DNA of 64,000 nucleotides from contig CAIWTN010000088.1 in NCBI GenBank assembly GCA_903915625.1, forward strand, positions 17,938 to 81,937, read 5' to 3'. Position 1 is the stretch's first letter. Every line of letters starts with the position of its first letter. This document shows positions 9,603 through 20,327 of this stretch, piece by piece. A program made the position numbers and the translations under genes. Below the pieces are notes generated by a model. It saw nothing but the letters and a program-made list of their open reading frames with translations, did not search any database and was not told the origin of the DNA. The stretch comes from an uncultured Pseudomonadota bacterium. Its GTDB lineage: Bacteria > Bdellovibrionota_B > Oligoflexia > Oligoflexales > CAIYRB01.

Positions 9603-10208
9603 TTATCTGCCGCTAGAATCTGGATCTTGCAGCGACAGCAATTCCAGCTTTTCTATCGCTTGCATCAATGCCCGATTAATCGGGAGGGTTTCGCTGTAGC
9701 TTGGTGTAGGCGCCAGTGCGAACATACGCATGCGGTAGTCCGCAAATAACGGAACATTGCCACCAGCATTGATGTTGCGCTGTGCGGCTGTGACCGCTTC
9801 AGGCATCAGCTGCTTATGCCACGAGCAGGAAGCCAGAGCAGGATGCTCATCCTCCTTCGTACTCACTGCGGCAAAGCCAAATAGACGGCAAATGCCAGGC
9901 CGTAATGCATAATGTCGACAGCGGCCTTTGGTACGGTCCTGTGATTCCGGCGCATAAAGTACGCAGACCCCATCTGGACTTGCCGCCGCCAAATCATAGC
10001 TACTCGACGCTTCGCCGTTATTAATCAACTCCTGTGCCAGCGGCAGCATCTCCACCACTTGCACTTCCAAAGCAGGCCTTAGGCAGCACTGACCACAGCC
10101 CTCGCGGCATTTGATTCCGGTCTGCTTAGCGAACACATCCGTCTCTGACTGAGCCTCTACTAAAATATTTAGAGCTTTTTCTGCGCAGTCATTGGCGAAT
10201 GATGACAT
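9603..10208 (-). CDS. YkgJ-family (UPF0153) cysteine-cluster zinc/iron-chelating protein
   Basis: CxxCxxCC motif (CREGCGQCC) plus further Cys residues. I chose the internal ATG at 10208 because the track's N-terminal extension overlaps the upstream carboxypeptidase gene, whose stop is at 10210-10212. Confidence 0.75.
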   Translation of the reverse strand: MSSFANDCAEKALNILVEAQSETDVFAKQTGIKCREGCGQCCLRPALEVQVVEMLPLAQELINNGEASSSYDLAAASPDGVCVLYAPESQDRTKGRCRHYALRPGICRLFGFAAVSTKEDEHPALASCSWHKQLMPEAVTAAQRNINAGGNVPLFADYRMRMFALAPTPSYSETLPINRALMQAIEKLELLSLQDPDSSGR

Positions 10209-10209
10209 T

Positions 10210-11223
10210 TCATTCTTCCTCGTTTTCAGCCTCAACAGATTTTGACGGAACTGCATGTCCTGCAGGAGTGACTGCAGGAGTGACTGCAGGAGCTGTTGGG
10301 CCACTTCTTTTTTCGTCGACTTTATTCGCCTCCGCAGCAATGGCCTCACTGCTGGTGAGCCATTTGATCACTCGAGCAAAATCGGCAAACCGCGTGTGCC
10401 GACCTTCAGCACCTAAAAACACCATACCTAGCTGACGTCCCTCGAAAGTGCGCGCCGCAACCGCTAAACAATAACGCGCAATATCAGTATAGCCAGTTTT
10501 ACCACCAAGTATCTGAGCAATATTACGGGACAGTAGGCGATCGGTGTTCTTTATTTTGATATCCCTCGCGCGATCACCTTTTCGCGCCACAATGACATAG
10601 TCCGGTTTCGCCATGATCTCAGTCAGTGCCTGGTTCTTGATGGCCTCTTTTAAAGCGACCATCACTTCACGCGCCGTCGATACATTTTCTGCAGATAACC
10701 CATCAGGTTCTTTAAACGCTGTCTTTGTCAGACCCATTTTATGCGCTCTCTCAGTCATCTTTGCCGCGAGAGTCGCCGGGTCCATACCGCACGCTTCTGC
10801 AAGTGCAGGCAAAGCCCTATTATCAGAGCGCATCAAAGCGGCATGCAAAAGGTCTTTGTGCGAATAACTCCAACCCGTTGTGAGTTTAGTTTTGTCACCA
10901 CCTCGTGCCGCATCGCGATTAGCCCGAGACATTTCGTGCAGTGCTTCGGGATCGAGTTTACAATCCTCGGTCACGACCAGAGCACCAAATATTTTGGATA
11001 TGCTCGCAATTGGACGGACCACGTCCGCATCCCGCTCAAACAAAACTGAATTAGAGTCCAAGTCAATCACCAGAGCTGCTGATGATTTAATCTTCGGCTG
11101 CGACACTTTTCCAATATCAGGAACGTCACCAGTACTGCCCGCTGCAAAAGCCGGAACAGAAAGAGTGGAGACTGTGGTTGTCGCTAAAGCGCAAAGGATA
11201 GCTCGTAGCTTTTTGCAAGCCAT
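10210..11223 (-). CDS. D-alanyl-D-alanine carboxypeptidase (S11, PBP5/6-like)
   Basis: SxxK (SISK), SxN (SDN) and KTG (KTGYT) motifs. Signal peptide MACKKLRAILCALATTTVSTLSVPAFA from ATG 11223; the track extension overlaps hrpB. Confidence 0.85.
   Translation of the reverse strand: MACKKLRAILCALATTTVSTLSVPAFAAGSTGDVPDIGKVSQPKIKSSAALVIDLDSNSVLFERDADVVRPIASISKIFGALVVTEDCKLDPEALHEMSRANRDAARGGDKTKLTTGWSYSHKDLLHAALMRSDNRALPALAEACGMDPATLAAKMTERAHKMGLTKTAFKEPDGLSAENVSTAREVMVALKEAIKNQALTEIMAKPDYVIVARKGDRARDIKIKNTDRLLSRNIAQILGGKTGYTDIARYCLAVAARTFEGRQLGMVFLGAEGRHTRFADFARVIKWLTSSEAIAAEANKVDEKRSGPTAPAVTPAVTPAGHAVPSKSVEAENEEE
10261..10292. repeat. 12-bp tandem repeat (about 2.7 copies of TGCAGGAGTGAC)
   Basis: Read directly. 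It encodes PAVTPAVTPAG in the C-terminal tail of the carboxypeptidase. Confidence 0.6.
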
Positions 11224-11233
11224 AAACAGACCT

Positions 11234-13849
11234 CTATGGTTTGGTGTCCGGGCGATGTCCCGCTCGCATTTGATTGTAGTATAAAAAGGGTTCCGCCGTC
11301 GCTGGTTCCTCTGGCCAATAATGCCTGGGGTACTTGCGCGCCAATTCAGACCTAATATCGGGATAGTGGCGTTGCCAAAAACCACTAAGATCGGCCGTAA
11401 CTTGCAAAGGTCTCCGGTTAGGACCAAGCAAATGCAGGGTTAGGCCTACTCGCCCAGCCAGCAACGGAGTTGCGCCAAGCCCGAAGAAATCCTGAACAAA
11501 CCCAGTGACAAAGGGAGGTCTTCCTGGCTCATAAGTGACTTTGAGTCGCCGGCCATTGGCGATCCGCAATTCAATGGCAGCCTCCCTTTGCAATAACTCT
11601 TGCTGCTCATAGGGGAGCTGATCTTCGATATACTCGACGAGCCGGCGCTCATTGATCTCGCGAAAGCTGCGCTTGCCGCTACAAATATCAGCCTGAAGCA
11701 GCTCTAACATCTCCCCCTCAAAAATTGGGAAATGCACCTCTTTATGCACATTACCAATCCACTCGATACGAGCATGATAACTGCGCAGGTCTTCGTCATC
11801 AGCAAAGGGTTTGGGCCAGGCCTCAATTAGCTTGCCATGCAACATGTTCTCAAGCTTGTCCGCAGCGTCCTGCTGTACAGGAAGTCGATTATCACTGATA
11901 GTCAACTCGCCGTAGCTAAGTCGCTGCATCAAATCAACACGTGCTGCATCTTCGTTCCATACTGTTGTGATTTCTGTTTTCATGAGCGTCGATTGTTGCT
12001 GGCGCAAAATCTCGGAGGTTAGAGCGGATGCTAAATAAATTGCAGTCCCTCGGTCTGCACTTCGACTTTGAACTTCGGATGCATCTATCGCCAAAATTAA
12101 GTCTGCATTTCGCACCACCGATGTCTCTGCAAGATAACCACCCCGCCCAAGACAGAAGTTATAGAGCGTCGTAGCATTGCGCGAGCCTGCCGCAGGCACG
12201 CCCCGTCGCTTAGCGACACGGTCGGGAAACCCAGCCAATAAGCAGATCGTTAGCCGCGATTCATCTTCGACACCCGGCCTAGGCCATGGCCCTAGTTTCA
12301 GCCGCTTCGACAGCTGCGCGTAGACGGCTAGTACTTGCTTGACGCGACCTCTGTCGATCGCCGCAGCCAGCGACTGAGGTGATATGTCCTGACCAAGATT
12401 TATTCGTGCAATTAGTTCAAGTTGCACTCTAACATCACAGTCAGAGTGCATAAAAGCGCCGGCCGACCTCTTGATCACCATGCCTTCACTGATTAAGCAT
12501 GCAGCAGCGAGGGCGGCTTCAGCACAGCCAAGGTCTTGGCCCTTTACAACTATCGCACCTAATCGGGGATGAAACGGTAACTGAGCCAATCGCTCGCCTA
12601 TAACTGTCGGGCTATCGTCATCCGATACGGCTCCTAGTTGTATTAGAAGCTGGCGAGTTGCAACCACTGCAGGGATGGCTGGGGATTCAAACCACGGTAG
12701 CGCTTGATCGAAGACGCGAACAGGTCGACCAGATCGTTGCTGCAGATCCTGTACGGTGAGAAAAATTTCAGCGAGATCGAGCCTCTGTATATCTGGCACC
12801 GAAAAAGGCGCACGACTAAGAAAGTCAGCTTCACTAAACAGCCTGTATGCAACACCAGCCGCGGTACGACCAGCTCGGCCACTACGCTGAATACTGGCCG
12901 CCTGACTGATTTTTTTGACATCAAGAGTCGAAATCCCACTCCATGCGGCATGCCCTGCGACCTTTGCCAAACCACTATCGATCACACCCGTAACCCCTGG
13001 TATCGTCAGGGATGTCTCTGCAACGTTTGTTGCCAAAATAATTTTGCGGCGGGCATTAGGCCTGAACACCAAAGCCTGCTCTGCAGGGGGCAAATCTGCA
13101 GTTAAAGGCAATATCACAGCTTGCCCAGACGGGATGTCGCCACGTAATTTCTCGGCACAACGGCGAATGTCTTGGATCCCCGTTAGAAATACCAAGATGT
13201 CGCCTGGTGAGCGAGCGTCTTCCAGCATTCGCCTTGCTGCCCTAGACACTCGGTCTTCCAGTAGGGAGGCTTCCGCGTCGGCAAGGTATTCAACAGCGAC
13301 TGGAAACGTACGCCCCGGAACATCAAACACGCTCACGTTGGGAAGATACCGTTCTAAAGAAGCACTATCTAAAGTTGCCGACATAACCAACAACTGGAGA
13401 TCGGGCCGACTAGATTGGCGGAGGGCGTTGACCATCGCAAGGGCGAGATCGGTATGAAGGTGTCGTTCGTGGAACTCGTCAATGACGACGGCCGAAACTC
13501 CGTTGAGTAAAGGACTCTCCTGGAGTAGCCGCAAAAAAACCCCCTCCGTGACAAACAGTAAGCGAGTCGCTGCGGACAGGCGAGAGTTGAACCTAACCTG
13601 ATACCCCACCGACTGCCCACAGGCCTCACCCAACTCTTCGGCCACCCGCTCAGCCGAAAGCTGCGCGGCTAGGCGACGTGGCTCCAGTACCAGTATGCGT
13701 CCGGGCAGCGCAGGCAACAGCGCCGCAGGCACCTGAGTCGTCTTCCCAGCACCCGGCTGCGCTTTCACGAGAACGCTGCCCTTCTCTTGCAGTGCCGAGA
13801 CAATCGCGGGCAAGAACGGGGCGATCGGTAACATTGACAATGAGGTCAT
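11234..13849 (-). CDS. hrpB: ATP-dependent RNA helicase HrpB (DEAH-box)
   Basis: Walker A QPGAGKTTQVP, the DEFH(ERH) box, the SAT motif, and a long HrpB-type C-terminal domain. Confidence 0.9.
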   Translation of the reverse strand: MTSLSMLPIAPFLPAIVSALQEKGSVLVKAQPGAGKTTQVPAALLPALPGRILVLEPRRLAAQLSAERVAEELGEACGQSVGYQVRFNSRLSAATRLLFVTEGVFLRLLQESPLLNGVSAVVIDEFHERHLHTDLALAMVNALRQSSRPDLQLLVMSATLDSASLERYLPNVSVFDVPGRTFPVAVEYLADAEASLLEDRVSRAARRMLEDARSPGDILVFLTGIQDIRRCAEKLRGDIPSGQAVILPLTADLPPAEQALVFRPNARRKIILATNVAETSLTIPGVTGVIDSGLAKVAGHAAWSGISTLDVKKISQAASIQRSGRAGRTAAGVAYRLFSEADFLSRAPFSVPDIQRLDLAEIFLTVQDLQQRSGRPVRVFDQALPWFESPAIPAVVATRQLLIQLGAVSDDDSPTVIGERLAQLPFHPRLGAIVVKGQDLGCAEAALAAACLISEGMVIKRSAGAFMHSDCDVRVQLELIARINLGQDISPQSLAAAIDRGRVKQVLAVYAQLSKRLKLGPWPRPGVEDESRLTICLLAGFPDRVAKRRGVPAAGSRNATTLYNFCLGRGGYLAETSVVRNADLILAIDASEVQSRSADRGTAIYLASALTSEILRQQQSTLMKTEITTVWNEDAARVDLMQRLSYGELTISDNRLPVQQDAADKLENMLHGKLIEAWPKPFADDEDLRSYHARIEWIGNVHKEVHFPIFEGEMLELLQADICSGKRSFREINERRLVEYIEDQLPYEQQELLQREAAIELRIANGRRLKVTYEPGRPPFVTGFVQDFFGLGATPLLAGRVGLTLHLLGPNRRPLQVTADLSGFWQRHYPDIRSELARKYPRHYWPEEPATAEPFLYYNQMRAGHRPDTKP

Positions 13850-14016
13850 GATTTAGTCGTCGTTTCAATGACAAGGCGTTTCAGTAGTCGGCAGCCTAGC
13901 ATAACTCTCATCTAAATCGTCTGACCTCCCAACCAGAGGACACCCCCCTAACCGCCTGAGATTCTAACAATGACTGGCCGGCCAAGTCTAACACTGGGAT
14001 AAAAATTAGAGTTACT

Positions 14017-14262
14017 ATGAATGAGAAGCTAGCAATTGGCGTCATCTTAGCCGACCGCAACGGAGTAATCGTCATGTTTCATAGCTACTATGAGTTAGAA
14101 GCACGGATGCAACAGGATAAGATGCGTCGTGAGCCGCGACGTGAGCTGATGCCGATGATCAGCCGCAGCAAGACCATCGCCCGGCTCAAGGGTCTACGGC
14201 TTAAAAGCCAGTCGAATAGGACAGTTGCTACCGCAACCTCAGCTAAGCCAAAAAAGTTTTAA
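14017..14262 (+). CDS. Hypothetical small basic protein (81 aa)
   Basis: ORF only, in an otherwise gene-free gap. No motif recognised. Confidence 0.35.
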   Translation: MNEKLAIGVILADRNGVIVMFHSYYELEARMQQDKMRREPRRELMPMISRSKTIARLKGLRLKSQSNRTVATATSAKPKKF

Positions 14263-14352
14263 GCTTCGGCGCTAGCCCCCCAAATCGCTTGCTCCAAAGA
14301 GTTGTTGCCCCCGCCTTGAGATTTAACGACGGCGGTGCCATAGTGTCGCCCG

Positions 14353-16167
14353 ATGTCGATATTAATAAGCTGTCAAAACTTAGCCAAAGCCTACCACGGG
14401 CGTCCTTTATTTAGGGGCCTAGCCCTTGCCGTTAATGACGGCGATCGCATAGGTATTATCGGCCCTAACGGTGCCGGTAAATCGACCCTACTGCGCCTGC
14501 TCGCCGACCGCGAGGACGCCGATGACGGCCAGATTTCGCGCCAGCGAAATTTACGCCTGGCTTACATCGAGCAGACTGCAAGCTTTCCGCCCACGGCAAC
14601 GGTCGGGGCACTTATCAATCAAGCTGCCGAATCCGCCGCTTTGAATAGTGACGAGGCGATTGCCCGTGCCCAGCGCCTTATCGGCCAGCTCGGATTCGAT
14701 CCGGATGTGACTGCAGGTAGCCTCTCAGGTGGCTGGAAAAAGCGTCTCAGCATTGCTGTGGCAATGGTACAGGCACCGGATCTGATGTTTCTTGATGAAC
14801 CGACCAACCACCTCGACCTCGAGGGTATCCTTTGGTTGGAAAAAGTGCTGATCAACGCGCCATTCGCATGGGCAATGGTCAGCCATGATCGTTACCTACT
14901 TGAACGGACCGTTTCTCGCATTGTCGAAGTCGCACCTATCTATCCCGAGGGTGTCTTTGTCAGCGATGGCAACTATGGGTCCTTCCTGACTAAACGCAGT
15001 GAGTACCTCGCGCGAGAACAAAGACTATCAGAAACACTCGCCAACAAGGCGCGGCGTGAAGTCGAGTGGCTTCGCCGCGGGCCACAAGCGCGAGCGACTA
15101 AAGCACAATACCGGATCAATGAAGCCAATTCGTTGCTTCAGGATCTGTCCGATGTGCGTTCGCGGCTAGTACAGCGCGATACTCGCATCGATTTCAGTGC
15201 GACTGGTCGTAAGACCAAACGCCTCATCGAGCTCGAACACGTCAGTAAATCACTAGGCGGGCGCTGCATCCTAGACGACATCAACTTCGTCGTTATGCCC
15301 GGGATGAGCATTGGCTTGATGGGCGCAAACGGCACGGGCAAAACAACACTGCTTCGCCTACTCTCGGGCGAATCCAAGTCAGACAGCGGCAACATAGTCA
15401 CCGCTGACGGCCTTCGCATCGTTTACTTCGATCAAGAGCGCCAACGCTTGAATCCAGCGGAAAAGCTCAGCAACTTCCTTGCTGACGGCAGCGACTCTGT
15501 GGTCTTCAGGGGCAAGTCAGTCCATGTGGCTAGCTGGGCACGACGCTTTCAATTCAGCCCTGAACAGCTACAAATCACCCTTGGTGATCTTTCCGGTGGC
15601 GAACAAGCTCGTGCACTTGTCGCTAAACTGATGCTCGAACCGGCTGATTTACTCCTCTTAGATGAACCAACAAACGACCTCGATATTCCAACTCTCGAGG
15701 CACTTGAAGACAGCCTGCAGGACTTTCCTGGAGCGATCGTGCTAGTTTCGCATGACCGCTACTTCCTTGGACAAGTCACTAATATGCTGATCGGCCTCGA
15801 TGGCACGGGTAAAGCCGGGTTATTCGCCGACTACGAGCAATGGGAACAGGCACTTAAGTCAGATCGTGAAGCAGCCAAAAACTCGACAAGACAAGCCGCC
15901 CCCAGCGGTGATAATGAGTCTCGCGCTAAACCCAAGGCCCAGAGTAAACGACTGTCCTATAACGAACAGCGCGAATACGACGGCATGGAGTTGGCGATTG
16001 CAGCCGCGGAAGAACAGCTTGCTGCCAAGCAAGCGACCGCCGAGGATCCAGCAATCAGTACCCAATCCAGCAAAGTCGCCGCCGCCTATGCAGACCTGCA
16101 ACAGGCGCAGGACCTAGTGGACAAACTTTACGCCCGCTGGGCAGAGCTCGAGAGCAAGTTAAAATGA
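14353..16167 (+). CDS. ABC-F family ATPase (Uup/EttA-like, two ABC domains plus C-terminal coiled coil)
   Basis: Two Walker A sites (GPNGAGKST, GANGTGKTT), two LSGG signatures and no TM domain. Confidence 0.9.
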   Translation: MSILISCQNLAKAYHGRPLFRGLALAVNDGDRIGIIGPNGAGKSTLLRLLADREDADDGQISRQRNLRLAYIEQTASFPPTATVGALINQAAESAALNSDEAIARAQRLIGQLGFDPDVTAGSLSGGWKKRLSIAVAMVQAPDLMFLDEPTNHLDLEGILWLEKVLINAPFAWAMVSHDRYLLERTVSRIVEVAPIYPEGVFVSDGNYGSFLTKRSEYLAREQRLSETLANKARREVEWLRRGPQARATKAQYRINEANSLLQDLSDVRSRLVQRDTRIDFSATGRKTKRLIELEHVSKSLGGRCILDDINFVVMPGMSIGLMGANGTGKTTLLRLLSGESKSDSGNIVTADGLRIVYFDQERQRLNPAEKLSNFLADGSDSVVFRGKSVHVASWARRFQFSPEQLQITLGDLSGGEQARALVAKLMLEPADLLLLDEPTNDLDIPTLEALEDSLQDFPGAIVLVSHDRYFLGQVTNMLIGLDGTGKAGLFADYEQWEQALKSDREAAKNSTRQAAPSGDNESRAKPKAQSKRLSYNEQREYDGMELAIAAAEEQLAAKQATAEDPAISTQSSKVAAAYADLQQAQDLVDKLYARWAELESKLK

Positions 16168-17327
16168 GCCGGTTATCTTTCCAGTTGTTGGCCTCGGCAA
16201 GTTCGTCGCAGGCCCGCGCGGGCACGATGCAGACTTTGCATGGCCAAGTAAATACTCCCGTATTCATGCCAGTTGGCACCCAAGCGACCGTCAAAGGCAT
16301 GCGGGTTGAAGAATTGCAGGCCGTTGGTGCGCAAGTTCTACTCGCTAACACCTACCATTTGTTACTTAGGCCTGGCCCTGAAGTGTTCCAGCATTTTGGT
16401 GGAATCCATCGCTTCATGAACTGGCATGGGCCCGTACTGACCGACTCAGGTGGTTTTCAAATCTTCTCGCTACCTAAAGAGCGACGCATCACTGAAGCGG
16501 GCGCCGGCTTTCGCAGTTATGTTGATGGCAAAGCAATTCTACTTAGCCCCGAAGTCAGTATTGCCACGCAAAGAGCCATCGGTAGCGACATTATGATGGT
16601 CCTTGATGAATGCGTACCATCGACAAGCTCCCGCGATGTAGCTGCACGTGCTATGGAGCGCACACACAGGTGGGCCCTACGCAGTCTAGCAGCGAGGGAA
16701 GATAGCCCGCAGTCACTCTTCGCCATCGTGCAGGGTGCATGTGATGAAGGCCTGCGGAAAGAGAGCGCTGATTTTCTTCGGACGCAGCCATTCGACGGAT
16801 TCGCCGTAGGCGGTCTGGCCGTAGGCGAAACTAAAGACGAACGGGAGCACTTCTGCGGTCTAGTGACAGCGATGCTACCAGAGCATTTGCCGCGCTACTT
16901 AATGGGGGTAGGTACTCCGATTGACCTACTTGAGGCAGTGCATCGCGGTGTAGATATGTTTGACTGCATCTTACCGTCTGCCCTGGCACAGCAAGGAACG
17001 GCCTTCAGCCACAAGGGCATAGTCCGCCTTAGACGCAGCCCGTATAAATTTAATGATGTGCCGATTGATGAAGATTGCAGCTGCTATACGTGTAAAAACT
17101 ATACTCGCGCATACCTACATCATTTAACTAAAGCCACCGAGGGCCTCGGATGGCACATGATTACGCAACATAATTTGCACTTTTACGGCGAACTTATGGC
17201 CGAGATGCGCCAGCATATCATTAACGACACGTTCGCTGATTATCGTTTAGATAAACGGCGCGAGATCACCGTCGTTGATCGCGATTTCCCCACAAAAGAA
17301 TCACTAAACGCACTCACACTTTCCTGA
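16164..17327 (+). CDS. tgt: Queuine tRNA-ribosyltransferase (tRNA-guanine transglycosylase)
   Basis: TPVFMPVGTQATVKG, the DSGGFQ motif, and the zinc site CSCYTC...H. ATGA overlap with the ABC-F stop. Confidence 0.95.
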   Translation: MSRLSFQLLASASSSQARAGTMQTLHGQVNTPVFMPVGTQATVKGMRVEELQAVGAQVLLANTYHLLLRPGPEVFQHFGGIHRFMNWHGPVLTDSGGFQIFSLPKERRITEAGAGFRSYVDGKAILLSPEVSIATQRAIGSDIMMVLDECVPSTSSRDVAARAMERTHRWALRSLAAREDSPQSLFAIVQGACDEGLRKESADFLRTQPFDGFAVGGLAVGETKDEREHFCGLVTAMLPEHLPRYLMGVGTPIDLLEAVHRGVDMFDCILPSALAQQGTAFSHKGIVRLRRSPYKFNDVPIDEDCSCYTCKNYTRAYLHHLTKATEGLGWHMITQHNLHFYGELMAEMRQHIINDTFADYRLDKRREITVVDRDFPTKESLNALTLS

Positions 17328-17355
17328 TTCAGGTGTAAGTCAGGAGAAACTGCCA

Positions 17356-17382
17356 GGCCCCAATGCAGCGTGCTTTGGGGCC
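17356..17382. terminator. Hairpin between convergent genes (possible bidirectional terminator)
   Basis: GGCCCCAA-N11-TTGGGGCC, an 8-bp perfect stem with no clear T-run. Confidence 0.4.
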
Positions 17383-17392
17383 ACATGGACAG

Positions 17393-19009
17393 TTAGTGTA
17401 AACGCTGTGCCAGCGCACTGCTTATAGCATCATCCAGAACCGCCCGACCAACGCGCACGCCGTCCAGCGACGCGCTCACGATACCACCGGCAAAGCCCGC
17501 GCCTTCACCGCACGGGAATAGTCCTGGGTGACTAATAGACTGTAGCCCTTTATCGCGCGTCATCACGATAGGCGAAGATGTCTTAGTCTCGACACCAACG
17601 ACCAAAGCTTGCGGGGAAATGTAGCCATGCATTTTCTTATTATAGTCGACTACAGCGCGCCTCAAGGCAGTGACAATAAAATCTGGCAGCACTTTATCAA
17701 GGCGAGCGCTATTGACCCCAGGTTGATAGGTAGATTTCATCTCACCCCGACTCAGGCGACCTGCCATAAAATCTTCCATGCGCTGCGCCGGTGAATGGTA
17801 ACCACCACCACCCGCCGCGAATGCCGCCTTCTCAATCGCCTGCTGGAACCGAACTCCATCAAGTGGATGCCCACGATAGAAGTCCTCTCTGAGCACGTTT
17901 ACCACTACCGCTGCGTTAGCAAAGCCGCTATTGCGCGCATGGTAACTCATGCCATTGATCGCCAGATGCCCCTCTTGTGCATTCGTCGGCATCAAATGGC
18001 CACCTGGGCACATACAAAAGGTCCAGATGCCTCTCTCCTCAGTATGGGCCGCCAATTTGTATTCGGCCGCAGTAGGGATCGCGCAGCTCCCAAACTGAAT
18101 TTTATTGATCAACTCTTGAGGGTGTTCAAACCGCGCACCCATAGCAAACGGCTTAGGTGCAATCGCCAATCCACGGTCAAGCAAAAGCTCGTAAGTATCG
18201 CGCGCAGAATGACCGATCGCCAATATGAGGTGATCGGTTTTATGGGTCGTCCCATCATCGAGCGTCACGCGGTAACGCGCTTCGCTGCCTCCCGATTGCA
18301 CATCGACAAATCGGCGTTTGAATAAGAACTCACATCCAGCTGCCTGCAGTGCAAGACGCTGATTTTTTGCAATCCGCAGTAGAAAGTCCGTACCAATGTG
18401 AGGATGCGCATCGTAAAGAATTTCGGCTGGAGCACCGAATTCTACCCACTGCTGAAAGAGGAATTTGATTAAGGGATGGTTACGTCCGCATGTCAGCTTC
18501 CCATCGGAGAAAGTACCTGCTCCGCCTTCACCAAAACAATAATTGCTTTCAGGATCGAAGGAACCGTCGCGGCGCAATTTACCAACAGTACGAAGACGCT
18601 GTTCGACAGCCTCGCCACGCTCGACAATTAAGCTTGGCTGACCTGCCCTTGCTAAAGCCAACGCGGCAAAGGTGCCGGCTGGACCGCTACCAATGATGAT
18701 AGGCATGTGACGAAAACGGTAAGGACCTGGAGATAGACCCTCAAGTGGATCACTCTCAGCCTCGGGCACAACTGACTCAGCAAGGGATCCCGCAGTTGCA
18801 AGGATGCCGGCCTCATCATCGACTTCAATATCTACCTGGTAATGATAAACGATCCGAGCTTTACGCCGGGCATCGAGAGACTTCTTGCGGATGACTAGCG
18901 ACCGTATGTCATCCGGCTGCAACTCCAGGCGAGCGGCTACGGCATCCCGTATTTGATCATCGCCAGCTAGTGAGGCTGGTACTTCTACGTCCTTGAGGCG
19001 TAGTGTCAT
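17393..19009 (-). CDS. FAD-dependent oxidoreductase (COG2509-type NAD(FAD)-utilising dehydrogenase)
   Basis: Dinucleotide-binding motif IIIGSGPAGTFAAL and a family-typical length. I chose ATG 19009 (MTLRLKDVEV...); the track extension looks non-coding. Confidence 0.8.
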   Translation of the reverse strand: MTLRLKDVEVPASLAGDDQIRDAVAARLELQPDDIRSLVIRKKSLDARRKARIVYHYQVDIEVDDEAGILATAGSLAESVVPEAESDPLEGLSPGPYRFRHMPIIIGSGPAGTFAALALARAGQPSLIVERGEAVEQRLRTVGKLRRDGSFDPESNYCFGEGGAGTFSDGKLTCGRNHPLIKFLFQQWVEFGAPAEILYDAHPHIGTDFLLRIAKNQRLALQAAGCEFLFKRRFVDVQSGGSEARYRVTLDDGTTHKTDHLILAIGHSARDTYELLLDRGLAIAPKPFAMGARFEHPQELINKIQFGSCAIPTAAEYKLAAHTEERGIWTFCMCPGGHLMPTNAQEGHLAINGMSYHARNSGFANAAVVVNVLREDFYRGHPLDGVRFQQAIEKAAFAAGGGGYHSPAQRMEDFMAGRLSRGEMKSTYQPGVNSARLDKVLPDFIVTALRRAVVDYNKKMHGYISPQALVVGVETKTSSPIVMTRDKGLQSISHPGLFPCGEGAGFAGGIVSASLDGVRVGRAVLDDAISSALAQRLH

Positions 19010-19191
19010 AGTCTTTGCTGTCCCGAGCTTGGTGGTAAGAATCCATCGGAGCGAAAATCTGCAGTCAAGGCGGCAAGGACATAGCACAAATCCAGCGAAA
19101 TTGCGCCACCGCTGGTGCAACTCACTGGATTGGTTAGGAATCTATCTTTGGGTCGCCCTAGGGCTTGCAGTTAGATAGAGCCTATTATGCG

Positions 19192-19226
19192 AATCCCCAG
19201 TCCTAGCTACGCCAGGACTGGGGATT
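19192..19226 (-). terminator. Strong hairpin downstream of the DsbA-like gene
   Basis: Perfect 13-bp stem AATCCCCAGTCCT / AGGACTGGGGATT with a 9-nt loop. No T-run on either strand. Confidence 0.5.
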
Positions 19227-19250
19227 GCTTGTTCAAGACTCGACTCTTAC

Positions 19251-20327
19251 TCAATGACTGGTCGGCTGAACGCTAGACTTGATGAGGTCCTTAAAGGACT
19301 TGTTCACCAGTGACAGGCGACGATTATTGAGGAAGAACGTCGGCGTACCAGTCACACCCGACTTACGCATGCCATCGGTGGTGTTTTTCACGAATGCTTG
19401 TGCCTCGGGTGAACCTAAACAAGCATCCATCTTCGCTTGGTCTAAACCAACTTCAGTCGAGAGTTGCAGAACGGCGTCCTTAGCGTCTGGATCGGACAGT
19501 TTCCAGCCTTTTTCCTTAGCTACGGCAAATGTCTTCTCATGATATTTCCAGAAATTCTCGTCGCCTTGCTGACGCGCGCAGAATGCGCCGCGTGCCAGAG
19601 TTCCGCTCAAACCGGCTGGCTGCAAGCTGTACGGCACATGAACAAAGCGGATTTTATCGGTAAGTTCTTTGTAGGTGGCCTCTACTTCAGGTGCCACTGC
19701 CTGGCAATTCGGGCAGAGGTAGTCGGCCACTTCAACTACTACGTTAGGCGAACCAGCTGGGCCGCGAGCTGGATAAGCTTCGAGGGCCAGAGTGACCTTG
19801 GGCGCAGTTGGCTCTGGGCTTAAGAGAACAACGCGCTTTTTCGCCACGAACTCTTGGTTCTTGAGGCGTAGCGCTTCCGTCAACTTTTGGTTGCGAAGAT
19901 AACGCTCAATGTCTGGCTTGACCTGGTCGATCGCTACATTCTCAGGCAAACGAGCCTTGTTCTGCTCAAATACAGCCTGGATCTCTTGATCTGTCGGAGC
20001 CGGAGCCTCAACTAGAACGTCGAAGGCCGGTAAAGCATCGGGCTTGGCGTTTTTATCTTTATCTTTCGCAAGGCCAAACTGCAGAGCGAACTGGTTTAAG
20101 ATAGCATTTTGACGTTCGAAAGCCTCAGACCGGATGTCATATAGATTCGAGCGAACATCGGCGGGCAAATCTGCCTCTTTGTACTTCGAGCCATCGAGCT
20201 CAAGGACCGTAATGTCCTCAAAACGATTCGAGCCCTTTGAAAGCGTCGCCGCACCGTAACCAATCACGGCTCCTACTACTAAGCCGCCCACAATTCCTGC
20301 ACCTGTGTTCATGCGTCCCTCGTCCAT
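19251..20327 (-). CDS. DsbA-family thiol:disulfide oxidoreductase with N-terminal membrane anchor
   Basis: Thioredoxin-fold CxxC (YLCPNCQ) and an N-terminal TM helix. The internal ATG at 20312 has a better RBS (GAGGGA) and may be the true start. Confidence 0.8.
   Translation of the reverse strand: MDEGRMNTGAGIVGGLVVGAVIGYGAATLSKGSNRFEDITVLELDGSKYKEADLPADVRSNLYDIRSEAFERQNAILNQFALQFGLAKDKDKNAKPDALPAFDVLVEAPAPTDQEIQAVFEQNKARLPENVAIDQVKPDIERYLRNQKLTEALRLKNQEFVAKKRVVLLSPEPTAPKVTLALEAYPARGPAGSPNVVVEVADYLCPNCQAVAPEVEATYKELTDKIRFVHVPYSLQPAGLSGTLARGAFCARQQGDENFWKYHEKTFAVAKEKGWKLSDPDAKDAVLQLSTEVGLDQAKMDACLGSPEAQAFVKNTTDGMRKSGVTGTPTFFLNNRRLSLVNKSFKDLIKSSVQPTSH

Noticed and set aside
10261-10292. The 12-bp tandem repeat as a contingency or variable locus.
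   Set aside because: It has only about 2.7 in-frame copies and encodes a PAVT linker in a disordered C-terminal tail. It is probably neutral low-complexity sequence.
12915-13457. Long antisense ORFs inside well-supported genes: this 180-aa ORF in hrpB, and also 17795..18325, 27161..27601, 3642..4004, 36856..37359, 46986..47471 and 43071..43529.
   Set aside because: They lie opposite genes with clear family motifs. Their translations are low-complexity (Ser/Arg/Ala or Trp/Arg-rich mirror images of the sense codons). They lack RBSs.
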